From Nitrospirota bacterium (GTDB lineage Bacteria > Nitrospirota > Thermodesulfovibrionia > UBA6902), in contig JBFLVX010000002.1 of assembly GCA_040758255.1 (NCBI GenBank), positions 1-52,960 on the forward strand: a stretch of DNA of 52,960 bases, read 5' to 3'. How positions within the stretch are numbered: position 1 is the first letter of the stretch; each line of letters begins with the position of its first letter. Under the pieces are notes generated by a model. The model was given only the letters and a program-made list of their open reading frames with translations. It was not told the origin of the DNA and made no database searches. Below are positions 7,823-16,344 of the stretch, one piece after another. The translations under genes and the position numbers were made by a program.

Positions 7823-8905
7823 ATGGAGCTCCTCTCAAGTGATCTCAGAAAGTACGCCTATTTTTCGAGCCTTTCCGATGCTGCCATAGACAGTATTGCC
7901 GAAAAGCTCAGTATAGTGAATTTCCCTGCCGGCAGGGAGATTGTAAAGGAAGGAGAGGTTGGGGATTCCTTCTATTTTGTGAAACAGGGCTGTCTTGAGG
8001 TAACAAAGAAGACGCCAACTGGCCAAGAGGCGAAGATCTCGGTGCTAAACAGCGGAGAGGGGTTCGGCGAGATGGCTTTGCTGACCTGCTCAGTCCGCTC
8101 CAGTTCAGTACATGCAATAACCGACGTCACCCTCTATGCGCTCTCAAAATCTGATTTTGAGAACGTAGTGCTGTTAGAATCCGCCTTCAAAAACGAGCTT
8201 CTCAAAGATGTAGACGATCACACGCAGTACAACAAGATAAAGACCCTCCAGCCCTTTAAACTCCTTGAGCCTGAAAAGATGTATGCCGTTATGCAAAAGA
8301 TGACGGAGAAGATATACAAGCCATGTGAAAATATCATTGTGCAGGGAGAAAAAGGGGACAACTATTACATTATCAAATCTGGACGCATAGCGGTATTGAA
8401 AAAGAAAAAGGGAGAAGAGGTGTCCGAACAAGTCGCGGAGTTACGCGACGGAGAAGCCTTTGGCGAGGAAGCGCTCATCAGGGAAGATCCCCGCAACGCC
8501 ACCTGTCAGGCTGTTGAGGAGACAACTGTTCTCGTCCTGAACAAGAAGGATTTCAACCAGATAGTAAAAGCGGCGTTTTTGGATAATATCTTCCCTGAAG
8601 AAATTCCCCTTGAGACCTATCTGGATGAGTATATGATCATTGACGCGAGGATACCGGCTGAATATGCGGAAGAGCACATCTGGGGCGCAGTGAACATCCC
8701 TGTTGAGATATTACGCCAGAAATGTACTGAATTCGACCGATCAAAGAAATATATTACCTACTGCCTGAATGATTCACGCGGCATGGTAGCCGCGTTTCTC
8801 CTTAAGAACCGGGGGTTCAATGCGCAATGCCTGCGCGGAGGAGTCAGCGGCTGGCTGGGAAAAGTAGTGACGGGTTCCGACGGCGTACACATGCCGGAGA
8901 TGTGA
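7823..8905 (+). CDS. protein with two cyclic-nucleotide-binding domains and a C-terminal rhodanese domain
   Basis: Two cNMP-type motifs (GEGFGEMALL and GEAFGEEALI). The C-terminal rhodanese-like part has the active-site Cys loop YCLNDSRG. Confidence 0.8.
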   Translation: MELLSSDLRKYAYFSSLSDAAIDSIAEKLSIVNFPAGREIVKEGEVGDSFYFVKQGCLEVTKKTPTGQEAKISVLNSGEGFGEMALLTCSVRSSSVHAITDVTLYALSKSDFENVVLLESAFKNELLKDVDDHTQYNKIKTLQPFKLLEPEKMYAVMQKMTEKIYKPCENIIVQGEKGDNYYIIKSGRIAVLKKKKGEEVSEQVAELRDGEAFGEEALIREDPRNATCQAVEETTVLVLNKKDFNQIVKAAFLDNIFPEEIPLETYLDEYMIIDARIPAEYAEEHIWGAVNIPVEILRQKCTEFDRSKKYITYCLNDSRGMVAAFLLKNRGFNAQCLRGGVSGWLGKVVTGSDGVHMPEM

Positions 8906-8938
8906 ACTCAGCTTCAACGGCTTTTGCTTGAATAGAAC

Positions 8939-9460
8939 TTATGGCAGTAGAGCCGGTTTCGTAAAGACAAAGTCATTATCCTTGACCGGGATATGACAGC
9001 CAAAGCATTCCTTTGCGAAGTCAGCATCTTTTCCGTAAGGCTGCTGCTCCATGCCAAGCCACCGCGCAAACCCCCATCCCCCGGTTGCGGAGAATTTCTT
9101 AGCGTCCTTGATCATGAATTCCGCATGCACGAATTTCCCCGGAATAGACGCGGTCGGCCATTTTTCATGCGTGGCATCTTTCCAGACTAACTTGGCTAAT
9201 ATAGAACCATCAGGCCAAGGATTGGTCTTGCCTTCTGCGGCTGCCTGAATCGCTTTGTCATTTCCAAGTATTACCCGCAGAGTGTTATTGTCCGTCCGAT
9301 GAGAAGAAGAGATTAACCTCCAGTTCTTGTAACCATCCGGCAAAGTTATCCCGTTTGGAGCCGGGGGAACATCTGTTTTGGATGAACCCGCCATAGTTGA
9401 TACGGCTATGAATAGCATAAAGATTAAAGCAGCGGGTACAATCGCATACGATTTTTTCAT
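8939..9460 (-). CDS. cytochrome P460 family protein (secreted, monoheme)
   Basis: Signal peptide, YKNW motif, and a single C-terminal CFGCH, in a roughly 170 aa protein. This is the P460-family layout. Confidence 0.7.
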   Translation of the reverse strand: MKKSYAIVPAALIFMLFIAVSTMAGSSKTDVPPAPNGITLPDGYKNWRLISSSHRTDNNTLRVILGNDKAIQAAAEGKTNPWPDGSILAKLVWKDATHEKWPTASIPGKFVHAEFMIKDAKKFSATGGWGFARWLGMEQQPYGKDADFAKECFGCHIPVKDNDFVFTKPALLP

Positions 9461-9559
9461 TTCTGCACCTCCTGAAAATGTTTGTAATTAATCTATTTAA
9501 CGTTAAAGGTCAACCACGCCGTACTAACAACGTCGGATGGAGTGGCTTATTGGACGATC

Positions 9560-9841
9560 TCATTTTTTGAAAAGGTCGCTGTGCGTACCAGTACGCTCAA
9601 GTCGAAGCCACTCTTTATCCGCAGTGTAAATCAATATCCAGTCGGCTTCAATATGGCAGTCGCGTGACGGCTGCCACTGTCCTACAAGTGGATGGTCTCT
9701 GTGATTTGCCGGAAGCGGAGTGCCTTCGGCCAGAAGCTTTACGACCTCCTGTAGCTTGCGCAGATCCTTCCCTCGTTTCCGCATACGCTTGACATCCCGG
9801 GAAAACTGCCTTGTCTGCGAGACCTTCTTTATTTCTCCCAA
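9560..9841 (-). CDS. yafQ: type II toxin, YafQ/RelE family mRNA interferase
   Basis: DHPLVGQWQPSRDCHIEADWILIYT...RTGTHSDLF is the typical YafQ C-terminal pattern. Overlaps the antitoxin gene by 13 nt. Confidence 0.8.
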   Translation of the reverse strand: MGEIKKVSQTRQFSRDVKRMRKRGKDLRKLQEVVKLLAEGTPLPANHRDHPLVGQWQPSRDCHIEADWILIYTADKEWLRLERTGTHSDLFKK

Positions 9842-10086
9842 TTCTTGAACATTTCCTCTAAAGACTCAAATTCCTGAACGTCTTCGCCGCGGCTGCTCTT
9901 CTCCAGAGTGGACGCCGTGAGTTCGTTCGGAATCGCGACCGGGAAAGGCAGACCGCCACGGAGGGATATCTGCCGATAGAAAATTCGGATCGCCTCAGTG
10001 GGGGTAATGCCAAGCTTGCGAAGTACACCCTCGGCCTTTTGCTTTGTTTGTGGTTCAATACGCGCGTGAACTACTGATGTTTTCAT
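9829..10086 (-). CDS. dinJ: type II antitoxin, DinJ/RelB family
   Basis: N-terminal RHH-like sequence VVHARIEPQTKQKAEGVLRKLGITPTEAIRIFYRQI. Located upstream of and overlapping the toxin gene. Confidence 0.8.
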   Translation of the reverse strand: MKTSVVHARIEPQTKQKAEGVLRKLGITPTEAIRIFYRQISLRGGLPFPVAIPNELTASTLEKSSRGEDVQEFESLEEMFKNWEK

Positions 10087-10144
10087 GATCCTATTGTATC
10101 ACATTCGCAACACAAATACAGCTTTTTTTATCGTCTCTATTTTT

Positions 10145-10921
10145 TTACTCCTCTGCCCTGACACTCCTGTACTGCTTAAAGAGCATATACCCTCCCCAAA
10201 CCAATGCGCAGATGATAAAGAATGCCCCGGATATATGGGCTGTTTTTGCCAGCACGTGGTCATAGTTCAGCAGTCCAAGCTTGCGAAGGATGAACTGCCA
10301 GTCATGGTAGTCAGCCACATCCCGGCCAGTGACACCTCCCAACAGTATCAATTGAAGCCTTCTCGCGTCATTGATATACGGCGATAGGTCAATGAGGCTC
10401 TGCCCAAGCCACCATAAAGAGACAGAGGCTGCAAAGGGGTCCCTTGTCTTCAGAAGAAACGCTGCAAGGCAGACCAACGGCACCAGCAGTTGCGTGAGGC
10501 TTCCGCCCAGCGTCATCATGAATTGGCCAAATATCCTGAACAGCACGTGACCCGCTTCATGAAATGGGAGATTCACCAGATGCATAAAGCTGCTCCCTGA
10601 GTAGTTACTCATAATAGAAGAGAAAATAAACTTTATTCCCCAGATTATCATCACCAAAAGAACAAGGATTCTGCCGATGAGAGAAACGATATTTGTTTCG
10701 GGTTTAACAGAGAAAAGGAGGTCTTTGAGAAAGGAACCGAATTCCGTGGTGCTGTCGTCCTCTTTTGATTGGGAGGTCAGAGAAGAAACGGGAGTTTCAT
10801 GATCTGGATGATGCCTTTCGGAATCATATTTAGCAAAGACAATGCCGCATTTGAGACATTCAACAGCGCCTTTCTTCTTCTCAAATCCGCAATGGGGACA
10901 TTGCATATCTTGCTCTGACAA
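10145..10921 (-). CDS. membrane protein with N-terminal zinc ribbon and HExxH motif (putative membrane metalloprotease)
   Basis: CPHCG...CLKCG lies at the N-terminus. There are several TM segments. HEAGH sits next to a TM segment. Confidence 0.55.
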   Translation of the reverse strand: MSEQDMQCPHCGFEKKKGAVECLKCGIVFAKYDSERHHPDHETPVSSLTSQSKEDDSTTEFGSFLKDLLFSVKPETNIVSLIGRILVLLVMIIWGIKFIFSSIMSNYSGSSFMHLVNLPFHEAGHVLFRIFGQFMMTLGGSLTQLLVPLVCLAAFLLKTRDPFAASVSLWWLGQSLIDLSPYINDARRLQLILLGGVTGRDVADYHDWQFILRKLGLLNYDHVLAKTAHISGAFFIICALVWGGYMLFKQYRSVRAEE

Positions 10922-11073
10922 TGGGCGTCTCCTTATCCGCTCAATTATATCAGATTATGAAGGGGGGCGATTGCGGTAAAGCTTTGATTATTTCAGGCCA
11001 AGCTAAAGATCACTTTTTATCTGTGAGGAATATGGGATGTGTCTCTAGTTTTTATTCTCAGTGTCTTATTTCG

Positions 11074-11646
11074 TTATGTCAACTTTTTTTGGATTAAGAG
11101 CGAAGCCTCCGTCTCTTCGAATTTGTCAAAGAGTTGCAGCACATCATCTGCCAATTCGTTCCGGTAAATTACGGTTTTGTCGGTGACGATCCAGCCCCAT
11201 CCCTTAATAGAATCTCCAATACTTTGTGATAAGTAATCGTAATCAGTTGGAGACTGCGACGCAGCTTCAAATTTCGCTAACGGAATGCGTACTCTTGCAA
11301 ATTTCTGCTTCAACAGATTGACCTCATCCGTTGCCGAGTGCGCTTTGCCAAGTTTAGAATCTTTACTTAGTTTTTGACTTAAGATTCTGAGACCCTCGTA
11401 CATGCCCATAGTCCAAATATTGGATAAACAATGAAAATCCGTGACAATATCCATAGGCTCGCCTATCTTGCCGCCAATAATATAATTGTAGTACGGTATT
11501 TCAGCCGATCGAAGCGCACAATCCAGACGACCCAGACCATTTAGCGATTCAGCGAAACCAATATGATGAGCGGAAAGTTTGTAAGCCCCAACCAACCATT
11601 TAAGGTGTCGAGGAGCATGTTCAGTCGAAATTGTGAGTATGTGCAT
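11074..11646 (-). CDS. hypothetical protein (190 aa, no recognizable motif)
   Basis: Clean ORF with a protein-like composition. Lies distal to the dsrN-tail remnants. Confidence 0.45.
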   Translation of the reverse strand: MHILTISTEHAPRHLKWLVGAYKLSAHHIGFAESLNGLGRLDCALRSAEIPYYNYIIGGKIGEPMDIVTDFHCLSNIWTMGMYEGLRILSQKLSKDSKLGKAHSATDEVNLLKQKFARVRIPLAKFEAASQSPTDYDYLSQSIGDSIKGWGWIVTDKTVIYRNELADDVLQLFDKFEETEASLLIQKKLT

Positions 11647-11734
11647 GAAGAAATATCTCTATGAATAGATTGACATAATAAGTTATTAAATATTTTCTGC
11701 CTCTGCAAGAAAATAAAATACTATATAGGATAGA

Positions 11735-11758
11735 TTTCCGTTTCCACGGGAATGACGA
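11735..11758 (-). repeat. short palindromic element (GTCATTCCCGTGGAAACGGAAATC type)
   Basis: Imperfect hairpin. Related to the copy at 23650-23673 (GTCATACCCGCGAAAGCGGGTATC). Confidence 0.4.
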
Positions 11759-11786
11759 CCAAATTACTTTTGCTATATGGCGATTG

Positions 11787-11831
11787 CCCCTTTTTATCCT
11801 TAAACTCTAAAGCGCATCTTATTATCCCATC
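11787..11831 (-). repeat. second, shorter remnant of a dsrN-like 3' end
   Basis: The minus-strand translation reads DGIIRCALEFKDKKG, against remnant 1 DGMIKCALEFKGKRG. About 38/45 nt are identical to 12960-13004. Overlaps the vapC stop codon. Confidence 0.6.
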
Positions 11832-12244
11832 TGAACTACTACAACGCCATCTATGCCTTTGAAATGCTTCTTGTCAAAGGTATGAATCTCATTTACTCCT
11901 TTATCTTGCGCAAAGGCAGCTATCCATGCGTCCACGAGATCAACGCCTTTGGTTTTGTATCGCTTGAGAGCAGAACGTACAACTGAATCATCTGATACGG
12001 TGAGGCCCGGGGTATTCAGGATCGAGCCTATAAGATCGGCAATCTCGGCAGATTCCATCTTATAGAAGCTCTCAAGCACCCAGACGAGTTCTGCCACTAC
12101 AATAGAAGGCACAAGGATATGGACCTCGCCTTTGCCTGCCTTTTTTAAGAGCGTGTCAACTATCTGAGCCTTGCGGCTGTCATCGTTGACAAGGTACCTG
12201 ATGAGCAGGTTTGTATCTATAGCGATACGTTTAGTCTTGTCCAC
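11822..12244 (-). CDS. vapC: PIN-domain toxin VapC
   Basis: IAIDTNLLIRYL at the N-terminus, with conserved acidic residues. Overlaps vapB by 14 nt. Confidence 0.85.
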   Translation of the reverse strand: MDKTKRIAIDTNLLIRYLVNDDSRKAQIVDTLLKKAGKGEVHILVPSIVVAELVWVLESFYKMESAEIADLIGSILNTPGLTVSDDSVVRSALKRYKTKGVDLVDAWIAAFAQDKGVNEIHTFDKKHFKGIDGVVVVQMG

Positions 12245-12488
12245 TCTGCGCGCCCTTTTTACCGACGTATTCTTTTGCCTTTTTTCTCATCTCCTCAAAG
12301 TCAGCCTGCTTCTGCCTGCCTTGCAGAACTCCCTTGAAATCCTGGAGCGTCCTCGCAGTCTTGACAACAAGCCTTTCTTCTTCCTTCTCAAAAATCACGA
12401 TGCTGCCGGGCTGGATATGGAGCAACTCCCTGACCTCTTTCGGCAGTGTAATCTGTCCCTTGGATGTAACCTTTGCAAGCGCTGTCAT
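12231..12488 (-). CDS. vapB: AbrB/SpoVT-family antitoxin VapB
   Basis: VTSKGQITLPKEVRELLHIQPGSIVIFE is the swapped-hairpin AbrB/MazE-type motif. Confidence 0.85.
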   Translation of the reverse strand: MTALAKVTSKGQITLPKEVRELLHIQPGSIVIFEKEEERLVVKTARTLQDFKGVLQGRQKQADFEEMRKKAKEYVGKKGAQSGQD

Positions 12489-12513
12489 ATTATCTCCTTA
12501 CAGAACTATTTAT

Positions 12514-12537
12514 CCTTACATATAATTATATGTAAGG
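12514..12537. promoter_or_regulatory. 24-bp perfect palindrome containing TATAAT; candidate vapBC operator/promoter
   Basis: CCTTACATATAATTATATGTAAGG equals its own reverse complement. It lies 26-49 bp upstream of the vapB start. Confidence 0.5.
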
Positions 12538-12893
12538 ATATACTGAAAAGCAAGCCAATATAATAAGTCATGGATTTTTCTCTTGAACGATAAATAGGGG
12601 ATTAATCTGGCCAAACTTATTTACGGCAAAATTGATGTGGTCTTTTTTCACACAATGGGTGAAAAATTACAGGCCAAATTGACTTTAATACGACTGGGGA
12701 AGGCAGGTTGTTTATTGCAACATCCTGTATTTACAGTCTTTTTAAATACTCTTAAATATGGCACGCTTGATGCTTATAAATAGCTAATAAGAGAAAAAAA
12801 GAAAGTTGAGAGCCGCTTGGCGACCCTGAGCGCATCAGGGCTGGAGGTGAAAGCCCTCTGTAAGAGCCTCTAAAACAGGCAACGCATCTCGAC

Positions 12894-12931
12894 AAAAAAA
12901 TTAAAGCCTTTATGAAGGCTTTAATTTTTTT
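12894..12931. terminator. bidirectional rho-independent terminator
   Basis: A7-TTAAAGCCTT-TATG-AAGGCTTTAA-T7. Lies downstream (minus sense) of the lipoprotein gene and dsrN remnant 1. Confidence 0.6.
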
Positions 12932-12959
12932 GCTTGACCCACAAAGAGAACATATTTCT

Positions 12960-13103
12960 TTAACCCCTTTTACCCTTAAACTCCAAAGCGCATTTTATCA
13001 TCCCGTCCGCCCATTCAGGACATCCAAGTGCATGAAGATGGGTATATGTTGCAAGGACATTTTTATAGCATATGCCGTCAAGCCCGTCTTTGATGCCCTT
13101 GCG
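12960..13103 (-). pseudogene. remnant of the 3' end of a dsrN/cbiA-type gene
   Basis: The minus-strand translation is RKGIKDGLDGICYKNVLATYTHLHALGCPEWADGMIKCALEFKGKRG*. 35 consecutive residues are identical to the resident dsrN C-terminus (16.36-16.49 kb). The 12 nt differences are all at synonymous third positions. Confidence 0.75.
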
Positions 13104-13218
13104 ACATCAGACCCATATTTGTAAACAGGTGCAGAAATTTAAATAAAGGGGACCGAAACAGCAAAGGATCGCTCTGTTATAGCAACCGTGAAAAAGGGCA
13201 GTTCCTTAATAGCTGACA

Positions 13219-16200
13219 TTAGGGGTTTTGAAAAATTATAGATAGACTCTTCTCCTTCGCATACCACTTATAAAGAATATCAAACGCCCATCTATATTCA
13301 CCCGCATTCTGCTGTCCTGTTTCAACAGCTATATGATACCAGTCAGAGGCGTTACCATAAAAACCATCTGCCTGACTTTTTAATCCTATATAATAGGCTA
13401 CCTCGCAACGTTTCCCTGCATCTGTTGCAAGAGCAAGAACCTTCTTTTCTGTTTCAAGACCCAACAAATATCGACCGATTACCTGATAATGCCCGTTATT
13501 GTGCTCCTGAAAATATTTGAGAACTGACTTATATCGCTGGTCATTTTTATCTTTCTTCTGGATTTTTATTGCAGCGGCACGTAAAAGCCATACAAATTCA
13601 GGATATTCACCTTTATCAGGCTCCTGTATTAAATCCCATAGGAGATCGTATTCTGCCTGAGAAAAGAAAATCACACTCGATGTATTGATAAAATGTTGAG
13701 GAACTCTCTCTCGAATCCACTCTAATCCCCTCTCTTTACCCTGCCAATTTTTGAGATAGTTATACGCTTCTGTAACAAACATCAGACCCCCCAGCCCATT
13801 CCCGTGAAGTTTAGACTGCATCCCGAATGCAAGTTCATTATTGCCCGCTTCAGCAACAGGCCTGGGAATATATTGAAGATTCCAGTGACTTATCCCCTCT
13901 GAAACAAGAGCAGAAAAGGCAGAAAGACCATCATCTAAAGGACGTTCATTAAATACCTCTGCAAACCTGGCCCCAATAGTGTGCTGCCATCCTGAGAAGT
14001 TTATCGGATAGCGCCATTCTTTTATTAGCTTTGCCGCCTCAGCATATCTGCCGTGTTGCCATAAGAACTTTACATATAACGCCATACTTCTTAATGAATC
14101 GGGGTATCTGGATATGACTTTACGGAACACCTCTTCTGCTTCTTTTGTGCGTTCCAGTTTATCTAATATCATCGCATCAATCTCCATTACCCCGGCCTGC
14201 ATACTGTCTGTGACAGGCTCTATCGCCTTTAACCCCTCATCATAACGACCCTCTTCGTAATACAAATGTGCTAATTCTCTATATGCAAAAACCCTCTCGA
14301 GGCCTGCGGTTGTCACATCCAGTGCTATCCACTCCATAATAGTAGCACGTGCTTCTTTATACTTCTTTAAGCCCTTTAAAAACCACTGGAATCTGTTTCG
14401 TATCTCCCAGCTGTTTGGATCTTCTGAAATCAGACGCTGATACTCTTTTGTTATATAATGTTCGTCCCCCATCCTCTGCTTCTCAATGTGCCACAGCGAC
14501 ACAACCCTTGATTCTGGATTAAGCATAGGTGAGTAGAGCAGTTTTTTAAGAAGTTTTTCATCTGCAGCAAAACCGGCAAACCATACCTGTTGAGTATGAT
14601 ATCTCATAGGGTCTGTTTCCGTAACACTTCTTGAGAGCTTCTCTGTCAGCTTTAAATCATGTAGTGCTTTCCATGTTATTCCGCTAAATTTATCTCTATG
14701 ATAAACCCTTGTATCCATCCGCTTTACCATCTTCTTTGCAAGATCAAACATCTCCGGCTCTCCGAAGTCATAATAGCTTTTTAAAATATTAAATGTACGG
14801 TAAATAGCAGGCACCCCGAGACTGGGAAGACCTGCTATATCTTCTTTCAGACGCGACTTATTAGGGTTCCCAGCTTTTGCATCTGCCAGATCATTGTACC
14901 ATCGTTGGAAGTCAGCATATATCCCCTCGCCAGAATTGCCCATCATCTCTGCAAATTCTTTTGTTGCTTCAACTGACGAAAGGGAATCTATATAATGCAA
15001 TCCGAGGGTATATAAGGCAGAAAAGAAATAGCTCTGATAGTAAGACGCGTAAGCATCAGCATCCAGAAAAGTTCCTTTATGTTTTTGATGTAATTGTTGC
15101 AGCCCCTTCTTCAGGTATCCGGTTAATTTAGATGAATCACCTTTCATAACAGCAAGCATGAACTCTGAAATCTCGCTTGCCTCTTTCACAGATTTATCAT
15201 AATATGTCTTGTTCTGAATTCCTCTAAAATCCGGCATATCTGTATCCTGTGCCAATGCAAGGATTGTCGCATAAAGTAACTGCTGAGGAATAACTTCGTC
15301 CAATGAAAACTTATTCATGACAAGCCCAAGCTTTAAGATAGGGAGTGAAAAGAAAAATTCTTGGAAATTTAACTCCTGCCATTGATACCATGCTTCAAAG
15401 TCCCCCTTCTCAGCAATGTGAAGCAACCACAAATACTTCGATTCAACAGAGCTATTTTTCTGCATTGCAAGCTGCTCCAAGTCCTTGTATTCCCGGGTCA
15501 AAAAGTGTCGAAGCGCGCTTGTAGAAGGCAGTCTCTCAGCCAATCTTGAAGCATGGGCAGAATAACCAATTGTATATGCAAGCAAACTCTCCTCATAAAG
15601 AAAATCTGCATCTGTAAGAGTTTTTGATACAGCTAATACTGCCAAAGTTTTTGCAGGTAAAATATCAGCTATTTCCACATAATCAAGCTTCTGCATATTG
15701 ATAAGTACCATTGCACGTGTTGCAAGCCTTAGTAATTCAGGATGGTGGATGCCCTTATCCCAGAGTTTGTCAACCTGCTTAACAGCCGAAATAGCATTAT
15801 GAGAAAGAAACTGCTCAAGATTCTTATTAATCTCTTCGCCCTCAGGAAGAGAATCTGAGACAGAAGAAAGACGCAGAGGATACTTATGGTTTAAAAACTT
15901 ACCCCAGTTTAAAAGAACCCCCATTAAATCAGGATAATCAGGGAGTTCTGGTAAAACTCCTACGTCCATACCGTTATAGGTAATCATCCAGATACCATTT
16001 CGAAATTCCGCTAATGCCTCAATTTTCTCTTCTTTGGAGAAGAAATTATGGATTTCGGCTACAGCAAGAAGAAACTTTCTGTCAGGTTGAAGACGGTAGG
16101 CGGCTTCTATAACATCTTTCATCTTTTCTGGCGGAGCTGTCAGAATTGATAAGGAAGCAGTACTTGCAGATGGCTTACCTGAAGAGTTAACAGACATCTT

Positions 16201-16296
16201 TTGCTGAGAAGGACTGTTTTTAGATAAAGCCTCCTGTTTATCGCATCCGCCAATTAAAAAAAGAATAATTAATAGAAGTGCAATAATATTACGCAT
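13219..16296 (-). CDS. large lipoprotein, mostly helical-repeat (TPR-like) C-terminal half, function unknown
   Basis: 1025 aa ORF. Lipobox LFLIGGC. TPR-like repeats such as AHLYYEEGRYDEGLKAIEP and LWQHGRYAEAAKLIKE. Confidence 0.7.
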   Translation of the reverse strand: MRNIIALLLIILFLIGGCDKQEALSKNSPSQQKMSVNSSGKPSASTASLSILTAPPEKMKDVIEAAYRLQPDRKFLLAVAEIHNFFSKEEKIEALAEFRNGIWMITYNGMDVGVLPELPDYPDLMGVLLNWGKFLNHKYPLRLSSVSDSLPEGEEINKNLEQFLSHNAISAVKQVDKLWDKGIHHPELLRLATRAMVLINMQKLDYVEIADILPAKTLAVLAVSKTLTDADFLYEESLLAYTIGYSAHASRLAERLPSTSALRHFLTREYKDLEQLAMQKNSSVESKYLWLLHIAEKGDFEAWYQWQELNFQEFFFSLPILKLGLVMNKFSLDEVIPQQLLYATILALAQDTDMPDFRGIQNKTYYDKSVKEASEISEFMLAVMKGDSSKLTGYLKKGLQQLHQKHKGTFLDADAYASYYQSYFFSALYTLGLHYIDSLSSVEATKEFAEMMGNSGEGIYADFQRWYNDLADAKAGNPNKSRLKEDIAGLPSLGVPAIYRTFNILKSYYDFGEPEMFDLAKKMVKRMDTRVYHRDKFSGITWKALHDLKLTEKLSRSVTETDPMRYHTQQVWFAGFAADEKLLKKLLYSPMLNPESRVVSLWHIEKQRMGDEHYITKEYQRLISEDPNSWEIRNRFQWFLKGLKKYKEARATIMEWIALDVTTAGLERVFAYRELAHLYYEEGRYDEGLKAIEPVTDSMQAGVMEIDAMILDKLERTKEAEEVFRKVISRYPDSLRSMALYVKFLWQHGRYAEAAKLIKEWRYPINFSGWQHTIGARFAEVFNERPLDDGLSAFSALVSEGISHWNLQYIPRPVAEAGNNELAFGMQSKLHGNGLGGLMFVTEAYNYLKNWQGKERGLEWIRERVPQHFINTSSVIFFSQAEYDLLWDLIQEPDKGEYPEFVWLLRAAAIKIQKKDKNDQRYKSVLKYFQEHNNGHYQVIGRYLLGLETEKKVLALATDAGKRCEVAYYIGLKSQADGFYGNASDWYHIAVETGQQNAGEYRWAFDILYKWYAKEKSLSIIFQNP

Positions 16297-16344
16297 TTAC
16301 CCCCCCTTTTAGTCTTAGGTAATTAATTGCATCATTATACATCC

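Noticed and set aside
9461-10144. Gene-tail duplication flanking the YafQ/DinJ cassette, analogous to dsrN and NUDIX
   Set aside because: I compared the 3' end of 10145-10921 with the spacer at 9461-9559 and found only a chance-level match (about 6-7 of 12 nt).
12912-13124. Plus-strand ORF 12912-13124 and its look-alike at 16327-16551
   Set aside because: Their mutual similarity is explained by both being antisense to copies of the dsrN 3' end. They are not a gene family.
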